From: Patescibacteria group bacterium
Lineage (GTDB): Bacteria; Patescibacteriota; Minisyncoccia; JACQLN01
Direction of reading: 5' to 3'
DNA: 64,000 bases
Assembly (NCBI GenBank): GCA_038065095.1
Contig: JBBTRR010000001.1
Span: forward strand, 113,546 to 177,545
Made by a program: the position numbers and the translations under genes. The notes beneath the pieces are model-generated. The model searched no databases. It had not been told where the DNA came from and saw only the letters and a list, made by a program, of their open reading frames with translations. Below, in pieces: positions 17,057-26,148 of the stretch; the first letter of the stretch is position 1; each line of letters starts with the position of its first letter.

Positions 17057-17150
17057 AAGGGTCAAAAGGGGGTGAATGGGTCAAAAAAGGAAAATGGAAT
17101 TAAGGGGTTAAAAGGGGAAAGTAAGGGGTCAGGAAATAAAATGGGAGGCA
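17057..17150. repeat. ~94-bp polypurine (top strand) / polypyrimidine tract with repeated GGGTCA and GGGG units
   Basis: GGGTCAAAAGGGGGTGAATGGGTCAAAAAAGG...AAGGGGTCAGG. The top strand has only 3 C. On the minus strand this is a near G-free leader between tRNA-His and the GNAT-murD operon. Confidence 0.6.
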
Positions 17151-17215
17151 TATGGGACTCGAACCCATGACAACGGGTCCACAACCCGCCATGTTACCAC
17201 TACACCAATGCCTCC
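17144..17215 (-). tRNA. tRNA-His (anticodon GTG) with a genomically encoded G-1
   Basis: Folded by hand: G-1 pairs with C73. Acceptor GAGGCAT/ATGCCTC. D-stem GTGT/ACAT. Anticodon stem GCGGG/CCCGT with loop TTGTGGA. T-arm ATGGG-TTCGAGT-CCCAT. CCA is not encoded. Confidence 0.8.
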
Positions 17216-17301
17216 ATACAACTAATTTTCAATTATCAATTTACAATTTTCAATCAAAAACCAGCAACCCCAGTTTAGCTCTTTTGGCTGAAATTATCAA
17301 T

Positions 17302-17550
17302 TTATTCCTCCAGTTTCGATACCAAAGCTCCTTCGTGTATTTTCTGATCAACTTTAATACCAACAACATCCCCAGCTTTAGCCGAAGCTACACTTTTATG
17401 ATCAACCTGCATTTCTGTAACAGTTTGATTGAATTCTGTTTTTCCACTTTCTAACTTTATTTTATCGCCAGTTTTTAGAGAATCTGACAGTTTTATAATG
17501 GCTACACCTAGTTTGCCGTAGTAATGTGTTATTTTTCCGATAGGTTTCAT
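17302..17550 (-). CDS. Hypothetical small protein, beta-rich (possible EF-Tu domain-2-like barrel; low confidence)
   Basis: 82-aa ORF MKPIGKITHYYGKLGVAIIKLSDSLKTGDKIKLESGKTEF... Confidence 0.4.
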   Translation of the reverse strand: MKPIGKITHYYGKLGVAIIKLSDSLKTGDKIKLESGKTEFNQTVTEMQVDHKSVASAKAGDVVGIKVDQKIHEGALVSKLEE

Positions 17551-17605
17551 GTTTTAATTAAATAAGAAATTAAAAATGCTCGACCTTTGGAAATCGCAAG
17601 TGTAT

Positions 17606-17626
17606 TGGTGCCCCTGGAGGGAATCG
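17606..17626 (-). pseudogene. Orphan 3' fragment of a tRNA-Arg-like gene (T-loop 3' half + acceptor 3' strand + CCA). It forms a 19-bp direct repeat with the intact tRNA-Arg 3' end.
   Basis: Minus strand reads ...CGATTCCCTCCAGGGGCACCA. No 5' half can be found. GTGCCCCTGGAGGGAATCG at 17608-17626 is identical to 17785-17803. Confidence 0.5.
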
Positions 17627-17785
17627 GTCACAACTTTTATTTTCGCCGTCGCTCAAACAAAGTCGCGACCCCACCTCACTGTGTTGTCTGCTGACAACAC
17701 ATCGTTCCGGCTTTCGATTCCTCTCTAGAAACACTTACATTCAAATCCAAACATTCCATAAATGGAATATTCGGATTTGATTATG

Positions 17786-17857
17786 TGCCCCTGGAGGGAA
17801 TCGAACCCCCATCAAGACCTTAGAAGAGTCCTGTTCTATCCATTGAACTACAAGGGC
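17786..17857 (-). tRNA. tRNA-Arg (anticodon TCT)
   Basis: Folded by hand: acceptor GCCCTTG/CAGGGGC, D-arm GTTC-AATGGATA-GAAC, anticodon stem GGACT/GGTCT with loop CTTCTAA, T-arm GGGGG-TTCGATT-CCCTC, discriminator A. Confidence 0.8.
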
Positions 17858-17963
17858 GGACTTGGTTGTATTGACTACAATTTTTAGGGTTGGTATGCTA
17901 TTATCACTCTAAAGGTTACAGTGATAACAAGACCTAATTAATTAAGTCTATAAACATTCTACA

Positions 17964-20582
17964 ATGAATTTCGGTAATTTTACCACTAAAGCCCAAGAAG
18001 CCTTTCAAAAAGCGCATTTTTTAGCTCAAGAGAAAGGGGGAGAACAAATTAATTCTCTCCATTTGCTTTTGGCTTTATTAAGGCAAGAAGAAGGTTTGGT
18101 TTCTACAATATTAAGAAAGATAGAAGTAGATGTTTCGACCATAGAGAAGATTTTAGAACAAGAACTAAATAAACTGCCAAAAGTTATTGGTGGAGGTGTT
18201 TCCCAGCTTTTTTTGAGCCAAGACTTGGCTTTAATAATTGAACAAGCCCAAAAAGAAGCAGGCAAATTTAAAGATGAATATGTTTCCACAGAACATTTAT
18301 TATTGGCTCTACTTTTTGTGCCTTCACGTGGCAGACAAATTTTAGAAGACGGTGGTGTAAAAAGCGACCATATTTTGCGTGCTTTAAAGGAGATAAGAGG
18401 CGAGGAAAAAGTAACTTCACCTGAACCCGAACAAACTTACCAAGCTTTAGAAAAATATACGCGTAATTTAACCGATTTGGCGCGGCGCGAAAAACTTGAT
18501 CCTGTTATTGGTCGAGACGCTGAAATTAGACGTGTGATGCAGGTTTTATCGCGTAGAACTAAAAACAATCCTGTTTTAATTGGAGAGGCTGGTGTAGGTA
18601 AAACTGCAATTGTGGAAGGTTTGGCTCAAAGAATAGTTTCTGGTGATATTCCAGAAAGTTTGCGCGATCGTGAAGTTGTAGCTTTAGATATTGGTTCGCT
18701 GGTGGCTGGCACAAAATTTCGTGGGGAATTTGAAGAAAGATTAAAAGCTATTTTAAAAGAAGTTAATCGTGCCGAAGGAAAAATAATTTTATTTATAGAC
18801 GAACTTCATACTATGGTTGGCGCGGGTGGGGCAGAAGGCGCCATAGATGCTTCTAATTTGTTAAAACCACCTTTGGCACGTGGAGAACTTCATGCTATTG
18901 GCGCTACAACTTTAAAGGAATATCAAAAATATATAGAAAAAGATCCTGCTTTTGAACGCAGGTTTCAACCAATTTTGGTGGTAGAACCTTCCGAAGAAGA
19001 TGCTGTAGCAATTTTGCGTGGTATTAAAGAAAAATACGAAGTCCATCACGGTGTGCGTATAACCGATGCGGCTATTGTGGCTGCGGTAGAATTATCTCAA
19101 CGCTATATATCGGACCGATTTTTGCCAGATAAAGCTGTGGATTTAATAGACGAAGCTACTTCGGCTTTGCGTATGGAAATAGATTCTATGCCAGACGAAT
19201 TAGATATACTTTTTCGCGAACTGCGAAGGCTTGAAATCGAAAAAGAAGCTTTAAAAAGAGAAAAGGGTACAGGCGACAAACAAAAAAAGATAAAACAGGA
19301 ATTAGCTAATTTAAAAGAAAAATATCAGGTTTTAGAAGTACAGTGGTTGCGAGAAAAAGAACTTATTACCAAGATGCGACAATCTCAAAAAGAAATTGAG
19401 CGTTTAAAAGGGGAGGCTGAAATTGCTGAACGTGAGGGTAAATTAGAACGTGTAGCCGAAATTAGGTATTCGGAAATTCCAGCCCTAGAAAAAACAGTTA
19501 AAGATTCTTCTCAAAAATTTGGTGAGTTAGAAAAGACAAACAGATTATTAAAAGAAGAAGTTGGCGAAGACGATATTGCCGAAGTGGTGAGCCGTTGGAC
19601 AGGTATTCCAACCAACCGTCTTTTAGAGGAGGAATCCAGAAAACTTACTCGTATGGAAGAAGAGCTTGCCAAAAGGGTAGTTGGTCAAAGAAAGGCGGTA
19701 GAGGCTATATCTAATGCTATAAGAAGAGCTAGAACTGGTTTAAATGAAAGTTCAAAACCAATAGGCTCGTTTATTTTTTTGGGTCCCACGGGTGTAGGTA
19801 AAACAGAACTGGCTAAGGCTTTGGCAGAATTTATATTTAACGATTCTAATTCTTTAATTAGGGTGGATATGTCGGAATATATGGAACGCCACACCGTAAG
19901 TAAATTAGTGGGTTCACCTCCTGGTTATGTTGGTTATGAAGAAGGTGGACAATTAACCGAGAAAGTTCGCAGAAAGCCATATAGCGTTATTCTTTTTGAC
20001 GAAATAGAAAAAGCGCACCCAGAAGTATTTAATACCCTACTTCAAGTTTTAGATGATGGCCATTTAACGGATGCTAAGGGTAGAAAAGTTAACTTTAAAA
20101 ATACTATTATAATAATGACGTCTAATTTGGGTACAGAAATTGTTCAGGAATATCACGGGCTTGGTTTTTCTCATAACGATGATAAAGCCGAAGAAAACGA
20201 AACCAAAGAAGTTGAGGCCAAGATAATGGAAACCTTAAAAAAGCATTTTAGGCCAGAGTTTTTAAATAGGTTAGACGAGATAATAATATTTAATGCTTTA
20301 AAGAAGGATGAAATAGAAAAAATTGTTGAATTAAGGTTGGAAGAAGTTAAAAAGAGATTGGCGGATAGAGGAATTAAATTAAAAGTTTCTGTGGAGCTTA
20401 AAGATTATGTGGTTAAAAGGGGATTTGACCCTATATATGGAGCCAGGCCATTAAAGAGGTTGATACAAACTTTAATTCTTAATCCCCTAGCCCAAAAACT
20501 TTTAGAATTGAAGGATGTTTCCAAGATAGAAAAAAACTTTAAGGCAGATATAAATAACAAAGAAGAAGTTTTTATTAGATAA
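17964..20582 (+). CDS. clpB: ATP-dependent disaggregase chaperone ClpB
   Basis: 872 aa. Clp N-domain; NBD1 Walker [19 protein letters not shown]; a long coiled-coil M-domain; NBD2 [16 protein letters not shown]; sensor-2 GARPLKR. Confidence 0.95.
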   Translation: MNFGNFTTKAQEAFQKAHFLAQEKGGEQINSLHLLLALLRQEEGLVSTILRKIEVDVSTIEKILEQELNKLPKVIGGGVSQLFLSQDLALIIEQAQKEAGKFKDEYVSTEHLLLALLFVPSRGRQILEDGGVKSDHILRALKEIRGEEKVTSPEPEQTYQALEKYTRNLTDLARREKLDPVIGRDAEIRRVMQVLSRRTKNNPVLIGEAGVGKTAIVEGLAQRIVSGDIPESLRDREVVALDIGSLVAGTKFRGEFEERLKAILKEVNRAEGKIILFIDELHTMVGAGGAEGAIDASNLLKPPLARGELHAIGATTLKEYQKYIEKDPAFERRFQPILVVEPSEEDAVAILRGIKEKYEVHHGVRITDAAIVAAVELSQRYISDRFLPDKAVDLIDEATSALRMEIDSMPDELDILFRELRRLEIEKEALKREKGTGDKQKKIKQELANLKEKYQVLEVQWLREKELITKMRQSQKEIERLKGEAEIAEREGKLERVAEIRYSEIPALEKTVKDSSQKFGELEKTNRLLKEEVGEDDIAEVVSRWTGIPTNRLLEEESRKLTRMEEELAKRVVGQRKAVEAISNAIRRARTGLNESSKPIGSFIFLGPTGVGKTELAKALAEFIFNDSNSLIRVDMSEYMERHTVSKLVGSPPGYVGYEEGGQLTEKVRRKPYSVILFDEIEKAHPEVFNTLLQVLDDGHLTDAKGRKVNFKNTIIIMTSNLGTEIVQEYHGLGFSHNDDKAEENETKEVEAKIMETLKKHFRPEFLNRLDEIIIFNALKKDEIEKIVELRLEEVKKRLADRGIKLKVSVELKDYVVKRGFDPIYGARPLKRLIQTLILNPLAQKLLELKDVSKIEKNFKADINNKEEVFIR

Positions 20583-20585
20583 ATA

Positions 20586-20611
20586 ATCCCCCCGACCTAG
20601 GTCGGGGGGAT
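20586..20611 (+). terminator. Rho-independent terminator after clpB
   Basis: ATCCCCCCGACC-TAGG-TCGGGGGGAT is a perfect palindromic hairpin, followed by TTTCC. Confidence 0.65.
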
Positions 20612-20897
20612 TTCCACAGCAAAGTTGTTTTAAGGTTTTAATTTTTATGTTAATATTATTTGAGCATAGTACCCTGAAATTATATAGGTTTTACGTCGTT
20701 GTTTAGTTTTTTCCACAGTTTATAAGTTTGTATAAACTAGACACGTTTTTCTTTGTGCTATAATGACATTAAACATAAGTGCAAGGGTTTCCTGTTTAAT
20801 AAGCTGTTCGGAAACTCGGTGTTGTTTTGCCTACCTGATTTGGAAAAGAACGCATTTTGACATAAAAATCAAACTGTTTCAAATTATAATAAATTAT

Positions 20898-20927
20898 TGA
20901 CACAGAAGGGGTTAGATGAGTAAAATA
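20898..20927 (+). promoter_or_regulatory. Sigma70-like promoter candidate in the long leader upstream of the giant surface-protein gene
   Basis: TTGACA (20898-20903), an 18-nt spacer, then TAAAAT (20922-20927). It sits about 480 nt upstream of the ATG at 21412. Confidence 0.35.
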
Positions 20928-21411
20928 CCACAAGGTAAGTTGAGTAAGTGAAACCTATGAATTTACCAAATAAACACTTCAGGGCCAGTAAAAGGGCTAT
21001 TTTGTTGTTTGTTTGGTGATAGTAGTTTTAAAAAAGAATCGTGATTCTTAATTCGTTACCAAAGAAATGAATGAAAAGAGATAAAATGGTTATGGATTAA
21101 GGATCGTGATGGGTAAAAAATGATGAAAGGCAAAGCCCTTTAACAATTGAATATTTATCTGAAATCTGGAAATTCTTAAAGATTTATTCTGTTGATTAGA
21201 AAGATATGCTCTATATCCAAATTTGGTTTTGGTTTTATGGAGTTAAGAAAGTCGGGTCGGTTCCCCTTTTGGGATAATAACTTGACTCCGATTATTTAGT
21301 TATTCGATTTATTAAGTTAGTTTTAGAAATTAATTAAGAGGTTTGAGTTTGTTTAGGGACTTCTTTACAGGGGTGTCTGGGCATATTTAAACCAAAAAAG
21401 GAGAAAAACAA

Positions 21412-24400
21412 ATGAGTTATTTTACTAGCAAGCGCCGTGAGCTCGCTAGCAAAGTTGTTTCTTTCGGTTTGATGGTAACAACTTTTGCTTGGCTCGTAGG
21501 CGTTCCTACTGCTGGTGCAGCTACAACCGCCGAGACGATCGCGCTTTTAATGGCACAGATCCAATCTTTGACGGCTCAGTTAAATGCACTAAGCGGTTCT
21601 AGTTCTACTGCAACTGCTTGCAACATTACTAGAGCATTAACAGTTGGCGCACGAGGCGACGACGTTACATGTTTACAAGGTTATTTAAAATCCACAGGTC
21701 ATTTTAGTGTTACACCTACTGGTTACTTCGGAAATGTAACCAAAGCTGCAGTTGCAGCTTGGCAAGCTGCCAATGGTGTTAGCCCAGCCGCTGGTTATTT
21801 TGGCGCTATTTCTAGGGCTAAATATACAGCTGTTGCTGGTTCTGTTGTGACTACGCCAACCACTCCAACCACACCAACGACTCCCGCGACACCAGCAGGA
21901 ACTGGTTTAACAGTTTCTGCGGCTTCAGATCAGCCGGCCGCTGGTTTGTTCGGTGAGAGCTTTGCTTCAAGGCCTTTCACAAAAGTTAATCTTACAGCTT
22001 CTGCCGATGGCGACATAACGGTTAAGGGTATGACAATAGAAAGAACTGGACAAGCTATGGATGCTGTATTTAGCGGTGTTATTCTTTTAGATGAAACCGG
22101 AACAAGAATCGGTACATCTAAAACCTTAAATTCCAACCACCAAGCTGTATTTAGCGATCAGATAGTTGTTAAAGCCGGAACAACCAAAGCAATTACAATT
22201 GCTGGTGATTCCGACAGCAACCAAGACGCTTATGCTGGCCAGGTGGCTAGTTTGACTTTGGTGGCGGTAAATGCTGGTTCGGCTACAGTAAATGGATCAT
22301 TGCCAATAGTCGGTAATGCTATGACAGTTAATTCCACATTATCTATTGGTACATTAACGATTGCTACTGGCGCACGCGAACCTGGTTCTAGCCCAACTAA
22401 AGAAGTTGGTTTAACCAATTACACTTTTGGTTCTATTAAGATGACAGCTGGTTCAGCTGAAGATGAAATTGTAAAATCAATTCGTTGGAATCAATCTGGT
22501 TCTGCAGCTTCCAGCGATTTAGCTAATGTTCAAACTTGTATTGATGGCGGAGAATGTTACGCAGTAACAGCTTCTACCGATGGTAAGTACTATACATCCG
22601 CACTTGGTGCTAGCGGTTTAAAACTTGCTAAAGGAGAATCCAAAGATATTTATGTTAAAGGCGATATAGTTTCTGGTTCGGGAAGAACAGTTAGCTTCGA
22701 CTTATACAGATATGGCGACATAAAAGTAACTGGTACAGTTTATGGTTACGATATATTGCCAAGTTCTGCTGAAGGCGGTGCTTCGGCTACAGACCACAAC
22801 GGTACTTTCCAAGCAGCCAATCCTAACTATGATGGTTGGCAGGTAACGATTTCTAACGGCACAATAAATGTTACAAAATCCAACACAGTTGCAGCTAGTA
22901 ACATTGCTGTTAATTTGTCTAGCCAAGTATTAGGCGGTTTTGATGTAGAAGTAAAAGGTGAAGCTATCAGTGTGGCTTCAATGAACTTTGATGTTTCTAC
23001 AGTGGAAGGCGCAGGCACAGGTGGTGCTATAGACAGCATTGATATTACTAGCATCAGCTTATACGATAAAGCTGGTAATGTAGTAGCTGGTCCAGTTGAT
23101 GGTGTAGCTGGCGGTAATAATGGTATTCAGTTTACTGATTCCGTTACTTTCCCAATTGGTACAAATACTTACACCATTAAAGGAAAAGTTGGTACAGACT
23201 TTTTAAGCAACGACCAAATTTTAGCTTCTACAACTCCAAGTTCCGATTGGTCAACAGTAAAAGGCAGTGTAACTGGTAATTCAATTACACCAAGTCCAGC
23301 TGCTGCTGTTACGTTTAATACGATGACGGTAAAAGCTGCCGCATTAGCTGTTTCTGTTTCTCCAACTCCTTCAGCTCAAAATATTGTAACTGGTTCCAAA
23401 TCTTTCACTTTTGCCAATTACATATTTGATGCTTCCGCTTCTGGTGAAGATATTCGCACTACGCTTATAAAGACCAAATTTACTGGTACGAGCAATACAG
23501 CTGATCAGTTACAGAGTTGTCAGTTGTTTGATGGTGCAAACGCTCTTACTACGGGAGGTAATACCAACAGTCCTGCTAACACTGTAGCTACTGCCGATGA
23601 TCTTACATTCAATTTGGATAGTGGTTTGATTACACCTAAAGGAACAGTTAAGACTATTAAGTTAATATGTGATATTAAAGGTAATACGGACACAGAAGCT
23701 ACGGCCGGCACGACAACCTTTAGTTTGGGCGTGACTAATGCTGTGGGTAGCATAACTTCTACAGGTATGACTTCGGGCCAAGCGGTTACCGAAACTATTA
23801 CTGCGGCTAATGGTCAAGCTATGACATTGCAGAGCGGTGGTTCGCTTACGGTGGTTCTAGATTCTTCTAGCCCAGCCTTAAAATGGATTCAAGCAGGTGC
23901 AACGGATCAAACCTTGGCTGTGTTTAGAGTGAATGCTACTTATGAAGATATAAAATTAGAAAGCATGGGTCTTCAGATTGCTACATCAACCAGTGCATCT
24001 GATTCAATGGCTTCCAATACTCCTTCCGATATTGCGAAGATAAGTTTGTGGAATGGTTCTAAGAAAATTGGTGAAGTATCGTCATTAAATAATGACTATG
24101 CTACAACTACATTTAGCACGGCATGGGGTGCCACAGAAGCTGATTATACAGTGTTGAAAGATACTCAATTATTGATTACGGCTAAAGGTGACATTGGGAC
24201 CATTGGCACAGTTACTAATGCGTATCCTGGTCACTTGATTGTTGTTAACCATGATGCCGGTACTTGCGCTACGCACGTTACTGGGAGCACAGATACAAAT
24301 TGCGGTGCAAAAGGTGTAGGTGCGTCTTCTGGTACGGCTCTATATTCTGCTGGTTCAGATACAGCTTCTAATGGAGCTAGAATTGCAAAAGCTGTTCCTA

Positions 24401-25203
24401 CTGTGGAAAGAGTTGCTTTGTCTAGTACAAAGTTCTCGAATAGCACAGGACAGAATTTATACAGATTTAAAGTTACTGCTCCTGCGGGCACTAATGGTAT
24501 AAGCTTGTATAAATTTGCATTCTCGGTAGCTACATCTGTAAGCGGTTATTTGCAAGAATTGCCAGGTGATGGTGATCAAGATCCAGAAGTTTCTGGTTTC
24601 AGGGTTACAGCCTTTGAAGTTTATTGTTACTCTGATAGTTCGTTTAGCTTAGCTGCTTGCGGAAACTCTTCTGGATTGTTAAACGATTCAGGTATTTCTG
24701 ATGAATCTACTCAAGTTGGTAGTTCTACAGCTTCAATAGCTGGTTCAGCAGCTTCTAACGTTCAGCACGTCAGTATATTGTTTAATCCAGCCAACCCAAC
24801 CAGTTCTACTGCAGAAGCTGTTCAAATTCCAGCTGGCGAGACTAGATACTTTGCTTTGAAGGCCTCGGTTATAGGTGCTAGCTCTACACCTGCTATACAG
24901 GTAGCTCAGTTAGGTGATGCTCAATTTGCTTCGCTTAATAATGCCCAGAGCACTTATTCTGAAGGTGATGGCGTTTTGAATGATTTAACTATCGGTGGTG
25001 ATAACTTCACTACTGGTCGTTATATCTTTGCTACCACAGCTGCTAATGTAGATGCTTGGGATGACGATGACTTTATTTGGTCTGGTAATTCAACCAATAC
25101 GTCTATGTCTATTAGCACTTACGATTGGTTTAACGGGTTCTTAGTACCAGGATTATCCAACAGCGATGGTGGTGTATCTGAAACTTTGACATTGACTAAC
25201 TAA
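21412..25203 (+). CDS. Giant secreted cell-surface protein (1263 aa) with an N-terminal peptidoglycan-binding domain, a Pro/Thr linker and a Thr/Ser/Gly/Ala-rich beta-rich body; putative S-layer or cell-envelope protein
   Basis: AGGAG RBS. Signal peptide VVSFGLMVTTFAWLVGVPTAGAA. Coiled segment TIALLMAQIQSLTAQLNAL. PG_binding_1-like LTVGARGDDVTCLQGYLKSTGHF...TGYFGNVTKAAVAAWQAANGVSPAAGYFG. TTPTTPTTPTTPATPA linker. The remainder is low-complexity S/T/G/A/V-rich. Confidence 0.75.
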   Translation: MSYFTSKRRELASKVVSFGLMVTTFAWLVGVPTAGAATTAETIALLMAQIQSLTAQLNALSGSSSTATACNITRALTVGARGDDVTCLQGYLKSTGHFSVTPTGYFGNVTKAAVAAWQAANGVSPAAGYFGAISRAKYTAVAGSVVTTPTTPTTPTTPATPAGTGLTVSAASDQPAAGLFGESFASRPFTKVNLTASADGDITVKGMTIERTGQAMDAVFSGVILLDETGTRIGTSKTLNSNHQAVFSDQIVVKAGTTKAITIAGDSDSNQDAYAGQVASLTLVAVNAGSATVNGSLPIVGNAMTVNSTLSIGTLTIATGAREPGSSPTKEVGLTNYTFGSIKMTAGSAEDEIVKSIRWNQSGSAASSDLANVQTCIDGGECYAVTASTDGKYYTSALGASGLKLAKGESKDIYVKGDIVSGSGRTVSFDLYRYGDIKVTGTVYGYDILPSSAEGGASATDHNGTFQAANPNYDGWQVTISNGTINVTKSNTVAASNIAVNLSSQVLGGFDVEVKGEAISVASMNFDVSTVEGAGTGGAIDSIDITSISLYDKAGNVVAGPVDGVAGGNNGIQFTDSVTFPIGTNTYTIKGKVGTDFLSNDQILASTTPSSDWSTVKGSVTGNSITPSPAAAVTFNTMTVKAAALAVSVSPTPSAQNIVTGSKSFTFANYIFDASASGEDIRTTLIKTKFTGTSNTADQLQSCQLFDGANALTTGGNTNSPANTVATADDLTFNLDSGLITPKGTVKTIKLICDIKGNTDTEATAGTTTFSLGVTNAVGSITSTGMTSGQAVTETITAANGQAMTLQSGGSLTVVLDSSSPALKWIQAGATDQTLAVFRVNATYEDIKLESMGLQIATSTSASDSMASNTPSDIAKISLWNGSKKIGEVSSLNNDYATTTFSTAWGATEADYTVLKDTQLLITAKGDIGTIGTVTNAYPGHLIVVNHDAGTCATHVTGSTDTNCGAKGVGASSGTALYSAGSDTASNGARIAKAVPTVERVALSSTKFSNSTGQNLYRFKVTAPAGTNGISLYKFAFSVATSVSGYLQELPGDGDQDPEVSGFRVTAFEVYCYSDSSFSLAACGNSSGLLNDSGISDESTQVGSSTASIAGSAASNVQHVSILFNPANPTSSTAEAVQIPAGETRYFALKASVIGASSTPAIQVAQLGDAQFASLNNAQSTYSEGDGVLNDLTIGGDNFTTGRYIFATTAANVDAWDDDDFIWSGNSTNTSMSISTYDWFNGFLVPGLSNSDGGVSETLTLTN

Positions 25204-25249
25204 TAACCTCTTGTGCTCCTTCGACCTTGCGTCGGAGGAGGGTTATGAA

Positions 25250-25286
25250 AACAACCCCCGCCTGATTAGGCGGGGGTTGTTTTTTA
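25250..25286 (+). terminator. Rho-independent terminator after the surface-protein gene
   Basis: AACAACCCCCGCC-TGATTA-GGCGGGGGTTGTT followed by TTTTT. Confidence 0.7.
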
Positions 25287-25308
25287 TTAGTATTTAGGTT
25301 ATTATTTT

Positions 25309-26094
25309 TTGGCTATGTTTATGCTTAATAAAAAAATATTGACGGTTTTAGTTATTGTGTTATTAGTGATTATAGTTATTGTGGCTCGTTATATATTTGA
25401 GAATAAAGAGACTGTGCCTCAGTCATATCAGAGTTCTGATAGTTTTGATACCACAAAAGAGAACTTAACTAATAATTCTAATCTATCTATAAACAAAATT
25501 CCTAAATATATTGGCCGACCTTTAGACGAGGTTATTTTTGGCAAAGGTTTTACTAATCCAGGAGATGATATTGTAGAAAAAAAACGAGGAGATTTAAAAG
25601 TTTTAGCTGCTGTTTTAAACGCAAGTCCGATGGGAAATGCCGGTGTGGATGATTGGATTGCAGTGGGAGTTATAAAAAAGTTTTTTAACGATTATGAGGG
25701 CGTGCGAGATGTTTGGGAATATGCTGGTGTGTTATACCCAGATAACGCCCTTTCTTTTGCTAATCTGGGAAATTTATATGCTTTTTATTTACATAATAAT
25801 GTTAAAGCAGAATTAAATTTTAAAAAAGCTATTAAAAATGATCCTTACCAGCCTAGTTACTATCTTGGTTTTGCTGATTTCTATAAGAATGTTTATACAG
25901 AGAAGAAAGCAGAAGCGCCGAAGATTTTATTAGATGGTATAAAAGTTATTAAAGATGTTAATTTAGTTTTAAGTTTAGCTACTTACTATAGAGATACAGG
26001 TGATAAGGCTAATGCTTTGAAATACTATGAAGAAATTTTAAAAATGGAGCCTAATGCTGCTGGTATTCAAGATGAAATAAACCGCTCAAGGTAG
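25309..26094 (+). CDS. Membrane-anchored TPR-like repeat protein
   Basis: N-terminal TM ILTVLVIVLLVIIVIVARYIF. The C-terminus has TPR-like helical repeats (...ANALKYYEEILKMEPNAAG). Confidence 0.5.
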   Translation: MAMFMLNKKILTVLVIVLLVIIVIVARYIFENKETVPQSYQSSDSFDTTKENLTNNSNLSINKIPKYIGRPLDEVIFGKGFTNPGDDIVEKKRGDLKVLAAVLNASPMGNAGVDDWIAVGVIKKFFNDYEGVRDVWEYAGVLYPDNALSFANLGNLYAFYLHNNVKAELNFKKAIKNDPYQPSYYLGFADFYKNVYTEKKAEAPKILLDGIKVIKDVNLVLSLATYYRDTGDKANALKYYEEILKMEPNAAGIQDEINRSR

Positions 26095-26148
26095 ACGTTA
26101 TTTCTACTCGTGGGTTATAGTTATATTCATACGGACGCATATAGCACA

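Noticed and set aside
17152-17454. 100-aa plus-strand ORF spanning tRNA-His and the antisense of the 82-aa gene
   Set aside because: It overlaps a confidently folded tRNA, and its translation is a low-complexity frame artefact.
17590-17860. tRNA-Arg with a large (~170-nt) intron or a permuted tRNA
   Set aside because: The orphan 3' fragment has no matching 5' half. The intact tRNA-Arg is complete on its own. The intervening length is too short for a group I intron. A duplicated att-like 3' end is the simpler reading.
21930-24502. Multiple antisense or alternative-frame ORFs inside the giant surface-protein gene (e.g. 21930-22136, 22827-23054, 24231-24491, 24320-24502)
   Set aside because: They lie entirely within a long confidently coding frame and show low-complexity translations typical of frame artefacts.
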